Source of the DNA: Bdellovibrionota bacterium
GTDB taxonomy: Bacteria; Bdellovibrionota_C; UBA2361; OMII01
Length of the DNA: 49,529 nucleotides
Reading direction: 5' to 3'
NCBI GenBank assembly: GCA_044345405.1
Contig: JBIJBE010000024.1
Coordinates: 1 to 49,529, forward strand
Shown: one piece after another, positions 38,101 through 47,022 of the stretch
Layout: each line of letters starts with the position of its first letter
How positions within the stretch are numbered: position 1 is the first letter of the stretch
Notes under the pieces: model-generated
The model's database searches: none
What the model was told of the DNA's origin: nothing
Seen by the model: only the letters and a program-made list of their open reading frames with translations
Translations under genes and position numbers: made by a program

Positions 38101-41056
38101 CCTCGGCGGATCGAAAGTACTCATGAGCATCAGCGACCGTCGCGCGAGAGTGCTCGGTGATAGAGTCCCTAAGGTAAAGCGCTAGGGTATCCTGAAGCTC
38201 AAGGGTATCCGCGAGGACACCGAGAAGCTCTCGCCGCTCCTGCACCGGCAATCGCCTGCGAATGGTAGAGACGATCCTAGCGAGGTGAGGCTTCGTAGCC
38301 GAGATATACTGAGCAGACCCGTCGTCACGCCCCTGAGCGGTTCCTGAGATATCACGACTGACAAGCTCCCGTACCGACTCCGCCCATATCCCTGTAACCG
38401 CGCTTCTAACAACCGGATCCTTGAGGGAGAGCAGCGCGGAGGATTGATTGAGCATCTCTTGACGCTTGCTCGCGGCGTCGTGAGAGGATGCGCCCGTCTC
38501 ACTCGGCATCCCCACCTCTGATATACGCTGGGTCTCGGACACAGGAGAGAGAAGCGATCGCTCCGCTAATCCCTTCCGCTCCTCGGGATCTAAGATAGCT
38601 TGAATGCCAGAGATTATCTTCGTTCGAAGCAGCTCCCGCACACCGGTCTCCGCTGGAGGGAACAGCTTAGCCTGCTCAAGGGCCCAGAATGAGTCGATAA
38701 GGTCAGTCAGCGGCGCCTCCCATATCGTAACTGACTCAATTTGATCTAATATCGCTTGCCGAACGTCATCATCCAGGTTTCGCAGCGCGGGGAAGAACCC
38801 CTTATGCTCAGCGAGAAATGGAATCACGGAAGTTGGAGCTACAGGCGCCTTTTCAAACTCCTGGGCGATGAGACTAGCTCCCGCCCGAAGAGCAGATTCC
38901 TGATGAGGGGCGACCGATTGGAGGTGCCGCAACTTCTCACGATTCGTCGTCAGTTCGTAGCCTGTGAAATAGGCCTTGTTCCACATGACGGGCGAAAGCT
39001 GATGCTCAAGCCCCCGCAAAAAGTCCACCCGCTCCTTCGCGGAGAGAGCCGTACAGGTCGCGACAAAGGTGACCAGTGGATGCTTGCACCCCTTTTCCGT
39101 CGATATGCCATCCAGTGGAAATCTGCCGACGAGTGTCTCAAAACACGGCCCTTCGGAATTGAGATAGAACGCCCGAATTCCGGCGGAGGCGTCTCGACGA
39201 ATGGCTGGGTCAGGGTGCGAAAGCATCGCGTCGAATATCTTTGCGAGCTCCGTCGCCTGCTTGTAATGGCCCTCAAGGTCCTCAGATATCTGCAATGATA
39301 GGGACTCATCAACCTGCTCCGGGGAGTTTTCTTCATGGGAGAGATCTTCATCCTCTTGCATCCTCTCCTTGAGTGCGTTCCGCATCACCGGGGAACCACT
39401 ATAGAACTGAACTTTAGCCGGATGAACGATCTCGTCAGCAAAGAGGTTTATGATACCCGTGACATCTCCGGCAAAATTCTCCAAAGGCACCGACGCGAGA
39501 TTCGCGAACCGCCGCCGATCGTGAGTTATAGTACCGTTCGAAAGAGAGCGCTTATGTCCTCGCGCGTTAATCTCCGCGTCCACGAGTTCCCCATACGACT
39601 CACGGGCGACCAGAAGGGGATCACGTTGAAGGCTCCGCATAGGATTAGCCCGCCACTCTCCAGCTGGATCGATCACGTAGTTCTCTGCGTTCTTGCACGC
39701 TGTAAGCTGTGGGCGGTCTCGAAAGGATGCGAGAACGGCATCCGGCGCGAAGCTTAGAGCGCGCGCGTCGTAGGCGCCAAGCGCCCACAGCGCCTCAATC
39801 ATGGCGGAATCACCACGACCCGCGGCGGACCGAGCGAGGTTGATGTGACGATCCCAGGGAGGGGTTTCACTATCTATGTCGCGTACATCGAAGGAACCCT
39901 TGATAGCCGCTCGTAGCACAGGATCTCCGTTGGCCCATTCCCTCGCGAATGCGGATATCTTTCGCGCGCTCGCGAGAAGCTGTTGATCAGAGGTAGACGA
40001 CACGAAGGATTTAATCTCTTGAGCCATCTGCCGAATCTCCGCCGGCGGCAGGGGCTTATTTCCCTGTTTCGAGCTCGCTCGATAAGCCTCCTCGAGGATC
40101 TTGGTTTTGCCGCTGAGCTTGTTCTCCTTTAGCGCGCCATAGATCTCCTCGATTACGAGAGAAGTGACGGGCAGTTCCTTCAAGGTTTCCCTGAATTCCG
40201 TGAGGCACTCCCCTAATCGTCCGGAGGTCGCGCGGGAGATCGCTTTCACCTCGTCGATGAGGCGTTTATATCTCTCCTCGATCGTCGCGTTGGCGTAAGA
40301 AGGATCTCCCTTCAGCTTCTCGAAGTAGGTCACATGCCGAGCCCCTTTAAGCGCCATTTTCGTCTCGCCGCTGAACGGGGTGATATCTACCGGCACCGAG
40401 CCCTTCTCCGTAAGCTCCTTGGCGATCAATCCGGAGATCGCTTGCGCACGATTCTCAAGGAGTCCGTGCACATCTGAGTAGGCCACCCACGGTCGAAGCA
40501 CCCGCATATCTTTGCCAGCATGCTCTTTCAAGGCGTCAAATACCGCGACCGACTCACGTGGCGCGTAGCCCGCCTTAATGACCCATGTCGCGCACGCGGC
40601 GACATCGGCGATATACTCCTCGACCTTGGTGGTCGCGATCTGTCCGCTCTCAGTGCCAAAGTGCTCCTTAAATCGAACATGCATCAATTCATGCGCCAGG
40701 ATAGTCGCGAGTTGATCCTCATTTTTTATGAGCGAGAAAAGTCCCTTCGAAATAACAATGCGGGCACTTCCCTCATGGAGGTGAACGAACGCCTCCGGTT
40801 CCTTTGAATCCGAAAGATGATACGACACAGCATGCGCGAGCTTCGTTCCATCTGCGGCGAGAAGACGCTCACCGATACCCCGCAACCACGCGGTTATCTG
40901 AGCACCTTGGCGCGAGTCAGTGTCGACCAGGCGCATTCGTTCGGCGAAATGCCTCACGAGTTCATGGTGAGCTAGGTCAGAGGCGGGAGATGATGAGGAC
41001 GTGGCGGCGGCGGTGGACGGCGCATGGCGTGGAAGTGACGCGGCGAGATTAACCAT
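35180..41056 (-). CDS. Giant protein: N-terminal M48-like metallopeptidase, long helical/coiled-coil middle, C-terminal ABC1/UbiB-like kinase domain
   Basis: I.ISKGL...IKNEDQLATILAHELMH..EEYIAD..AGY.P; LGPAEKKLGQ, LGAAS, ET, DRH, LFDHG. Confidence 0.7.
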   Translation of the reverse strand: MVNLAASLPRHAPSTAAATSSSSPASDLAHHELVRHFAERMRLVDTDSRQGAQITAWLRGIGERLLAADGTKLAHAVSYHLSDSKEPEAFVHLHEGSARIVISKGLFSLIKNEDQLATILAHELMHVRFKEHFGTESGQIATTKVEEYIADVAACATWVIKAGYAPRESVAVFDALKEHAGKDMRVLRPWVAYSDVHGLLENRAQAISGLIAKELTEKGSVPVDITPFSGETKMALKGARHVTYFEKLKGDPSYANATIEERYKRLIDEVKAISRATSGRLGECLTEFRETLKELPVTSLVIEEIYGALKENKLSGKTKILEEAYRASSKQGNKPLPPAEIRQMAQEIKSFVSSTSDQQLLASARKISAFAREWANGDPVLRAAIKGSFDVRDIDSETPPWDRHINLARSAAGRGDSAMIEALWALGAYDARALSFAPDAVLASFRDRPQLTACKNAENYVIDPAGEWRANPMRSLQRDPLLVARESYGELVDAEINARGHKRSLSNGTITHDRRRFANLASVPLENFAGDVTGIINLFADEIVHPAKVQFYSGSPVMRNALKERMQEDEDLSHEENSPEQVDESLSLQISEDLEGHYKQATELAKIFDAMLSHPDPAIRRDASAGIRAFYLNSEGPCFETLVGRFPLDGISTEKGCKHPLVTFVATCTALSAKERVDFLRGLEHQLSPVMWNKAYFTGYELTTNREKLRHLQSVAPHQESALRAGASLIAQEFEKAPVAPTSVIPFLAEHKGFFPALRNLDDDVRQAILDQIESVTIWEAPLTDLIDSFWALEQAKLFPPAETGVRELLRTKIISGIQAILDPEERKGLAERSLLSPVSETQRISEVGMPSETGASSHDAASKRQEMLNQSSALLSLKDPVVRSAVTGIWAESVRELVSRDISGTAQGRDDGSAQYISATKPHLARIVSTIRRRLPVQERRELLGVLADTLELQDTLALYLRDSITEHSRATVADAHEYFRSAEAGFEFINQDAWRRDAVVRFLSQPFTPRNLEEFARRVDISRNREISALTETVEGILVRHEKQLADTQTRMQAIGRMTDERGWVGRLFHQASTDLLEYLDKVDGADYPTDDLAESLENIMPEAIADDTRKKLLAPLTDLDDFVSPARATELLRCHAAECKAALQAAIDSEKAMFDAVLEQGSVEVKALNPAAAQPELDRVRRALLTRLANLPEYEFVSALEDRISAARTQAALDSVITKSREGLSKSFERERRREESRFDKEVAKLTRESDQKQARIDKLIKERPPFLRGFHAELCSVLTTFGDLLPRSKFPHLYRVMETPLEELSSSFDENDEASVSAELEVALEHLQLAQEDLVERHRALEGRVQQLSEMEDRVSREAGTLKRTPIPVSTVIEEAAQPLGAGGMGEYGEEGLSFVEDVLREFDREYPRVRRESKLAVTPLEEQHARQFYELFWSQSAEVRAVALKLLLIPPEAEYQDRKSGTHDHFYKAFDFVAEQIFPEGMRYGADSKKILKIFLEETDPSLRGFMLAALMAASEKVAGAPEEYSAGKRLAMILSMLGPAEKKLGQAINSHPLTPEDLRSDTKSIKSMSDPLPRWDLLERIAEAVPESYRDAALPRIGSTLGAASYYIAVDCDDSVLSILRPHARELARTGLDRMEAIAIRLSNDPELKHVAGPFVESIQQAREMIALETDHEKGVVQQVNAWKRYEGLSIGVDDDTFSFNTAAWKGCGPEFRHQQKVDGEHFLDIFERDGAQDPFTRKAALAHITAELVNILSGERFDHDRHGSQSKIVRGNGTHTIGLFDHGCMALTAPTDAEKRQLATVLCDLVEGYLQGKTGLLERAHSIIRERREHDGVAPAYLVSVERALLALNDFMRFDSTGESTLLKRSDLGGAIAAVFRSGEVDPVFSSTIAERFAGPGASMFLRFLSPSQLAIKIAEKIEEQLKGAPSISISRGKGTEMPEPIVFAGKSVAA

Positions 41057-41259
41057 AGAAAAAACCTCTCAAACGAGCATAGGTGTTATTCACCACGAGG
41101 GAGCAGAGGTGCTATAACCGACCCCTCGTGACGAGCTGAAACCGCTAAGGATAGGAAGTCGGTTATTTTCGTAGCCCGGGCTCAGCCACCGCCCGTTCAT
41201 TGCGGGGTGGCAACGCAAATCCGGTTTCATAGTTATCCGACCGGCAAATGTCACGTGCT

Positions 41260-41270
41260 CCCCCCCCCCC
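41260..41270. repeat. Homopolymer C11
   Basis: Directly visible in the divergent intergenic region. Confidence 0.85.
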
Positions 41271-41515
41271 ACGGACCAACAACATTGAGGGATAACCCCC
41301 CGAAAGCTCTCGTTCGTCAGGGGACGTGGCGCCCAGCCTTACGAAGAAACCCTCCCAGCCCTCTGAGAGATGGATTCAGCGCCAGGCGTGATTTTTCTCT
41401 CGCCCTTGTGAAAGTGTGTTATAGCTCGATCGTCTTGACCGCTCGGATAGGATACGGCCGTTCGCTCTCGCGAGCGCCGACTCATCCCGGTCGTCGGACC
41501 ACTTCGCGTGAGGGC

Positions 41516-43630
41516 ATGATGCGTAAAGGACGACCGCATCCCACAGCGAGCGACACTCCCCCAGTGGACGCACCCGTCCCACGTGGTGGTCGCTCTCAAG
41601 CCAGTCGGCTTCTCCGATCCTCACGGCGCGGCGAATCACGTTTTGAGTCTCCCCTCAACGACGACCTAACCCTCTCAGACTTCACGAACCTACTGCGACA
41701 TAGCTCCGCGAGTATCTGCCTCGTGACCTTCGCGTCTCCCGTTCCGTGCGACACCAATGAGTGGCGATTTGTGGATTCGCTCTATGCCACTCCATCGAAG
41801 TGCCTGCAAGCGAACGTGAGCTTCGCGCGAGCGCGAGCAGCGGAGAATCCTGAGGAGTTACTTGGTCAGGACCTTACGAGCCTCTTCCCCGAATCCCAAG
41901 GCTTTCGCGAGATGTTTCAGGCGTGGCACAACCACCACCTCTCTCGTGATGGATTTGAGTCACAGATCGCTGACAGGGCCGGCAAACCAACCAACGTACA
42001 CGTCGCGTGTTACGGTCATATCGTGGGCAACGGACTTCATCGCGCATGGATTATCACCAGAGAGATAGCGAGAAAGGCGCAACCACCACGAACCGCGACA
42101 ACGTCTGAGCATCATCTGCGCTCCCTACTCAACGTGCCCGGGGTCCTGTTCATGCGAACCTACCCAGACGGGACCGTTTCATTCTGCACAGAGGAAACGA
42201 GTCAAAGCTTGGGAATAGACCACGGCTTCACGCAAACTGCGGATACCACTCTCGGACCTCGATGTCATCCGAGTGACCGTCAAGCTCTCGAGAGCCTCGC
42301 CTATCAACGCCATCTTAGGTCATTAACACCGGCAGCCGTTACAGCACGGCTCATAACAACGAATCGAGGACTACGAAACTACTCCCTGCGGCAAATCCCA
42401 GCGTGTCTCGGTGATGAGATCCTCTACTATGATATCATCGCCGTTGAGCCTCCCGTCGTGGTCGCCAAGCCCGCTCCTTTTTTGGCCTCCGGGTTTGCCC
42501 ACGACGCTAACAACCACCTTCTGATAGCCTCGGCCAACGTGCAACACGCTGAGCGCATCCTCGGGGCAGAGCACCCAGCACTCGCGCCGCTTAAAGCGGC
42601 CCTCGCGGCTATAAGCCAGACAAGCGAGATCTACAGTCAGGCCCGAAAGCTTGAGTACGGTATTAATCCAGAGCCCACCAATGTTGATGTGGGCCTGGTC
42701 TTTCAGGAGATCATAGCGCAATGCCAAGCTCTCATCCCCGCCACCGTGAAGATCTCTTCGCCAGTGCAGCCGGGAGAGATCTTTGTTCGAATCGATACGA
42801 CACACTTGCGCCAAATCTTGACGAACCTCATCCTGAACGCACGCGAGGCGCTTACAGACGGTGGCACGATACTCCTCTCTGCCACTCCTAAAGGAAAGGA
42901 TCCCGCCCAACGGTGTCCGAGATACGGTCACGAGGTCGTGTGTATCTCTGTGTCGGACAACGGTCCGGGAATCGAGCTACCGATCCTTGAAACCATATTC
43001 ACACCGTTTGTATCAACCAAGACGTCAGCAAATCCGCGCGGTCTGGGGCTCGCGATGGTGAAGACCCTGGTTGAACGAAACAACGGCGAGGTATCAGCGA
43101 CGAGCGCGCAGGGGATAGGGACTACCTTCACCATAAGCCTCCCCTCAGGCATGGAAAAGGATTCACCAAACGAGTCTCTTCCCACCATCTCCCCACGAGC
43201 GTCCCGCCCGCTCACCGTGCTCGTCGCTGACGACGAAGCGAGCGTGCGAGAGATTATTCAAGGGGCTCTCATCGCGCGGGGGCACATCCCTACCATCTGC
43301 CGTAACACCGACTCACTCCTGACAACGCTCAAAGACGGTAAAGCGCGCTTCGACGCTCTGATCGTTGACGACGGAATGGACGCATCGTCGAGCGTTAAAC
43401 TTGTGAGAGCGATTCGCGAGATCTCTCCAACGCTCCCGATTATCGTGGTAAGCGGAGATCCGATCGCCGCGCACCGAGTCGTCGAGAGTGGTGCAGGAGC
43501 GACCTTCTTGGCTAAACCGTTTACCTTTGAGAAGTTGTACGCTGAGCTCGAAACCGCGACCGCAGCATCTGTATCGTCCGGGCCGTTAGTGGCGCGGCGA
43601 CGCCGACGGGTCGTCGCCTCTACCGAATAA
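41516..43630 (+). CDS. Hybrid sensor histidine kinase / response regulator (cytoplasmic, PAS-like N-terminus)
   Basis: H-box FAHDANNHL, N-box QILTNLILNAREA, DNGPGI, FTPFVSTK, GLGL, receiver VLVADDE...LAKPF; start near 41516 is inferred. Confidence 0.88.
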   Translation: MMRKGRPHPTASDTPPVDAPVPRGGRSQASRLLRSSRRGESRFESPLNDDLTLSDFTNLLRHSSASICLVTFASPVPCDTNEWRFVDSLYATPSKCLQANVSFARARAAENPEELLGQDLTSLFPESQGFREMFQAWHNHHLSRDGFESQIADRAGKPTNVHVACYGHIVGNGLHRAWIITREIARKAQPPRTATTSEHHLRSLLNVPGVLFMRTYPDGTVSFCTEETSQSLGIDHGFTQTADTTLGPRCHPSDRQALESLAYQRHLRSLTPAAVTARLITTNRGLRNYSLRQIPACLGDEILYYDIIAVEPPVVVAKPAPFLASGFAHDANNHLLIASANVQHAERILGAEHPALAPLKAALAAISQTSEIYSQARKLEYGINPEPTNVDVGLVFQEIIAQCQALIPATVKISSPVQPGEIFVRIDTTHLRQILTNLILNAREALTDGGTILLSATPKGKDPAQRCPRYGHEVVCISVSDNGPGIELPILETIFTPFVSTKTSANPRGLGLAMVKTLVERNNGEVSATSAQGIGTTFTISLPSGMEKDSPNESLPTISPRASRPLTVLVADDEASVREIIQGALIARGHIPTICRNTDSLLTTLKDGKARFDALIVDDGMDASSSVKLVRAIREISPTLPIIVVSGDPIAAHRVVESGAGATFLAKPFTFEKLYAELETATAASVSSGPLVARRRRRVVASTE

Positions 43631-44021
43631 CCTCGATCTGATCCTCAAGCGCGGCGGGGGCGGCACCCTTTGGGGGAGCCGGGACGGAGTTTACTTTTCC
43701 ACCCCGAACGCGCTGGTCACGCTCTAGGGAGCGCCTTACCCGCTCGATTTCACGCTTCTTCGCTTCGATCTGGCGCTGTCGCTCCTTCGCCTCACGTTCC
43801 TTGCGGTTCTGAAGTTCCTTCCGCTGACGGGCGTCGAGGACAGGTGTCGGCGTTGGCGGAACGATCTGCTCGCGATACTCTCGTGGAATGTCACCCAACG
43901 AATCAACAAAGTGAATATTTCCGGATGAATCCATGTAGCGATATCTTTGAGCGTGCGACTCGCTGGTGAAAAGGAGCGTTAGAGCGAAAACCACAAGAGA
44001 AAGGGAGAGAAAACGTTTCAT
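43620..44021 (-). CDS. DUF4124-like exported protein
   Basis: Signal peptide then YRYMDSSGNIHFVD...IP.EYR, charged helical tail. Confidence 0.75.
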   Translation of the reverse strand: MKRFLSLSLVVFALTLLFTSESHAQRYRYMDSSGNIHFVDSLGDIPREYREQIVPPTPTPVLDARQRKELQNRKEREAKERQRQIEAKKREIERVRRSLERDQRVRGGKVNSVPAPPKGAAPAALEDQIEVIR

Positions 44022-44103
44022 AGGAGTAATGTACCCACTACCTAGCGCCCGGTCATCACGAAAAAACAATTGTTGTGAGATCCCGGATAGACCCTTTATT
44101 CGA

Positions 44104-45960
44104 TTACTCTTTGCGAATCGCCTCTACAAGCTTCTTAGCCAACGAAAGCGGCATCCGTCCAGCCCGAGCTACCTCAGCGGGGTCAGCCTTGCCTATCGTA
44201 TCGACGCTCTTGAAATGCCGAATAAGGCGATTACGGTGCTCAGGGGAGACACCCGCGACGGTATCCATGACGGATTGAAAGACCCGTCGCGAACGCTTCT
44301 GCCGATGGAAGGTGATGACGAAGCGGTGAACCTCATCGCGCAACCGCGAAAGGAACCGTGTCACTATCGCCCCCTCATCAAGCGCTATCGACTCAGCGGC
44401 GCCGGGTAAGTAAACACGCTCCGGCTTACGAGCCACATCGCGCGCCTCAACAGCACTTTCGGTGCGCATCTTCGCGAGTGAGATAATATCGACGTTCAGT
44501 TTGAGATCCTCACGAGCCTCAACCGCCTTCTGAAGTTGCGCGGCACCTCCATCTATCACGAGCAGATCAGGGAGGTTCCCCTCCTCCATGCCACGCTTCA
44601 GTCTGCGGTACACCACCTCGTAGATGGCGGCGAAGTCATCGGGCTTCCCTTGTTGACTGATGTTGTATTTGCGATATGAGCCCTTATCAGGCACACCGTC
44701 GAAGAACACCACAACCGCTCCCACGATATCAGAGCCCTGGAAGTTCGAAATATCGACGCACTCCACTCGTCTAGGCTGTTGCGTAAGGCCCGCTAATGAG
44801 ACGAGCCCTTGAGCCACACCGGACCAACCGGCGTCCTGATTGTACGATCCGGCGAAGGCGTGACGGGCGTTTAACTCCGCGATAGCGATTAAGCGCGCCT
44901 TTGAGCCACGTTGTGGAGCGTGTACAGTGACCTTCGCGCCGCGCTTCGCGCTGAGTCCCGCCTCAAGCATCGAGGCGTTCTCAAGATCTTTCTGCGTTAA
45001 TATCTCTGGAGGGATCTCACGTTTCCCCTCATAGAACTGTTGGATACCGCTCTCAAGGAGCTCCTCGTCTGAGACACCGACCTCCTCCAAATTGAAGGTC
45101 TTCGTCTCGGCGAGACGACCGCCGCGAACAAGGATAACGCACAACACAGCGGTATCCCCCTCTCGCACGAGCGCGAAGACGTCGCGATCCTCATCTCGAA
45201 AGGAAACCAACGAGTAGCCCGCTTGATACGCCTTCAGCACATCGACCCGATCACGCCACGCCGCGGCCTCCTCAAAACGGAGATCTTCAGCGGCTTGCTC
45301 CATCTTCTCGGAGAGCTCTTTGATCGTGTTAGCGGTCTTTCCCTCAAGGATCCCGATCGCTTGACGAACGAGCCCCCGGTACTCCTCATGCGCAATCTTC
45401 AAGCAGCACGGACCGGAGCACCGTTTAATCTGATACTCAAGACACGGTCGTTGTCGGTTATACAGCACCGTGTCGGCGCACGACCTCAGCGGCACCACTT
45501 TTTTGATAACCTCAAGGAGGTTTCTGAGCTCGCTGCTGAAGGCGTACGGACCGAAGTACCGTGCGCCATCGTCACTTCGTTTTCGAATCAATTCAATTCG
45601 GGGCCACTCAGCATTCTCATCCACTCGCAACGATAAGTACGCCTTATCGTCCTTCAGGCGGATGTTGTAGCGCGGTTTATACTTGGTGATGAGATCCCGC
45701 TCGAGAAGGAACGCCTGCTCCTCGGTCTGGGTTACGATGGTCTCAAAACGTACCACTCGGCTCAGGAGATATTCGATCTGGTAGCGGCCATCGCCTCCCG
45801 TGAAGTATGTCCGCACACGGGCTTTCAGATCCTTGGCTTTGCCGACGTAAATTACCTCATCGTGCTCATCGCGCATCAGATACACGCCCGGCATCGTCGC
45901 GACCTGCGACACCTGCCGACGAAGCGATTCTAACCGCTCTGTATCTGAACGAGTTGCCAT
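44104..45960 (-). CDS. uvrC: Excinuclease ABC subunit C
   Basis: PGVYLM..VIYVGKAKDL, PRYNIRLKDDK, FE.AA..RD, ECVDIS, PDLLVIDGG, RDEVHRF. Confidence 0.96.
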   Translation of the reverse strand: MATRSDTERLESLRRQVSQVATMPGVYLMRDEHDEVIYVGKAKDLKARVRTYFTGGDGRYQIEYLLSRVVRFETIVTQTEEQAFLLERDLITKYKPRYNIRLKDDKAYLSLRVDENAEWPRIELIRKRSDDGARYFGPYAFSSELRNLLEVIKKVVPLRSCADTVLYNRQRPCLEYQIKRCSGPCCLKIAHEEYRGLVRQAIGILEGKTANTIKELSEKMEQAAEDLRFEEAAAWRDRVDVLKAYQAGYSLVSFRDEDRDVFALVREGDTAVLCVILVRGGRLAETKTFNLEEVGVSDEELLESGIQQFYEGKREIPPEILTQKDLENASMLEAGLSAKRGAKVTVHAPQRGSKARLIAIAELNARHAFAGSYNQDAGWSGVAQGLVSLAGLTQQPRRVECVDISNFQGSDIVGAVVVFFDGVPDKGSYRKYNISQQGKPDDFAAIYEVVYRRLKRGMEEGNLPDLLVIDGGAAQLQKAVEAREDLKLNVDIISLAKMRTESAVEARDVARKPERVYLPGAAESIALDEGAIVTRFLSRLRDEVHRFVITFHRQKRSRRVFQSVMDTVAGVSPEHRNRLIRHFKSVDTIGKADPAEVARAGRMPLSLAKKLVEAIRKE

Positions 45961-45966
45961 ACCTGT

Positions 45967-47022
45967 TTAGTTTTGCGAGCGATTTCGAACTGATCGAAGA
46001 ACGGAATTCATAAACTCCTCTGAGGGTACTACCGTAAGTCGTACACGGAACTCCGCGAAGGCTCTTCGCACCCGCTCGCTCATCTCCCGTAGTTTAACAC
46101 CATCCTTCTCTGTGCACACGAAAAGGGCGCCAGGATTGGCGTCGATGAGCTTAATAACCTCCGCTTCGGTAAAGGGGTGGTGGTCAGGAAAGGAATGAGC
46201 GCGCTCAACCGTATACCCAACCCGCGCTAACGACTCAAAGAAACCGTGTGGATTCGCTATCCCCGCGAAGGCTTGCACCGCGCAGGTCGGTATCGACCGC
46301 TCACCGTCAAGGGAGCGAACCTCTACGAACTCATAGTACGCCCGGACCACCGGCATACCCGCTGGAAGTATCCGCCGAAGCCGTTCATCAACCGTTCCCA
46401 AATCCGTTCCAGGGGCGAGTACGCTTCGATACGACGCTACTACGAGTGAGGCTCGACGGAGCCCCGCATCTCGATCCTCTCTAAAGCGACCCAGAGGGAG
46501 AAGATCACCTCGCACAAAATCTTCGACCGATTCATCACTCCCCGCGAACACGGCGATGATATCGAGGTCACGCTGTAGCTTACGGTGTTGAAAACCATCA
46601 TCGAGTACGATTAGATCCCCGAGCCCCTCTCGCTCGATAAACCGAGCGCCCTCGGCGCGAGCACGCGCAATCACCACGGGCACTCCACTTGAGCGCGCCA
46701 TTAAGAGAGGCTCATCACCCACCGTGCTCGGCGAATCGTTTTCCTGCACACGGTGCGGACCCGAGAGAGTGCCGCCATATCCGCGAGAGAGGATCACCGG
46801 CTTGTATCCCCCCTCCTTCAACTGTTCGACGAGGTAAAGACAGAGAGGGGTCTTGCCGTTTCCACCGACGGTAAGATTTCCGACGCTGATGACGGGGAGC
46901 GAACTAGTGTACGAGGCGAGGAAGCCTCGGTCGTAGAGAACATTACGAACACCAGTGACCACTCGAAACAGCGCAGCGAGTGGGGCGAGAACGGGCCACG
47001 CGAGGAGATGAGCCTTAGCCAT
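45967..47022 (-). CDS. lpxK: Tetraacyldisaccharide 4'-kinase
   Basis: VISVGNLTVGGNGKTP, LSRGYGG, GDEP, LDDGFQH, FPDHH, TEKD.VK. Confidence 0.95.
   Translation of the reverse strand: MAKAHLLAWPVLAPLAALFRVVTGVRNVLYDRGFLASYTSSLPVISVGNLTVGGNGKTPLCLYLVEQLKEGGYKPVILSRGYGGTLSGPHRVQENDSPSTVGDEPLLMARSSGVPVVIARARAEGARFIEREGLGDLIVLDDGFQHRKLQRDLDIIAVFAGSDESVEDFVRGDLLPLGRFREDRDAGLRRASLVVASYRSVLAPGTDLGTVDERLRRILPAGMPVVRAYYEFVEVRSLDGERSIPTCAVQAFAGIANPHGFFESLARVGYTVERAHSFPDHHPFTEAEVIKLIDANPGALFVCTEKDGVKLREMSERVRRAFAEFRVRLTVVPSEEFMNSVLRSVRNRSQN

Noticed and set aside
41207-41515. N-terminal extension of the histidine kinase ORF through the poly-C tract
   Set aside because: Pro/Arg-rich, non-protein-like sequence; a start near 41516 is more plausible
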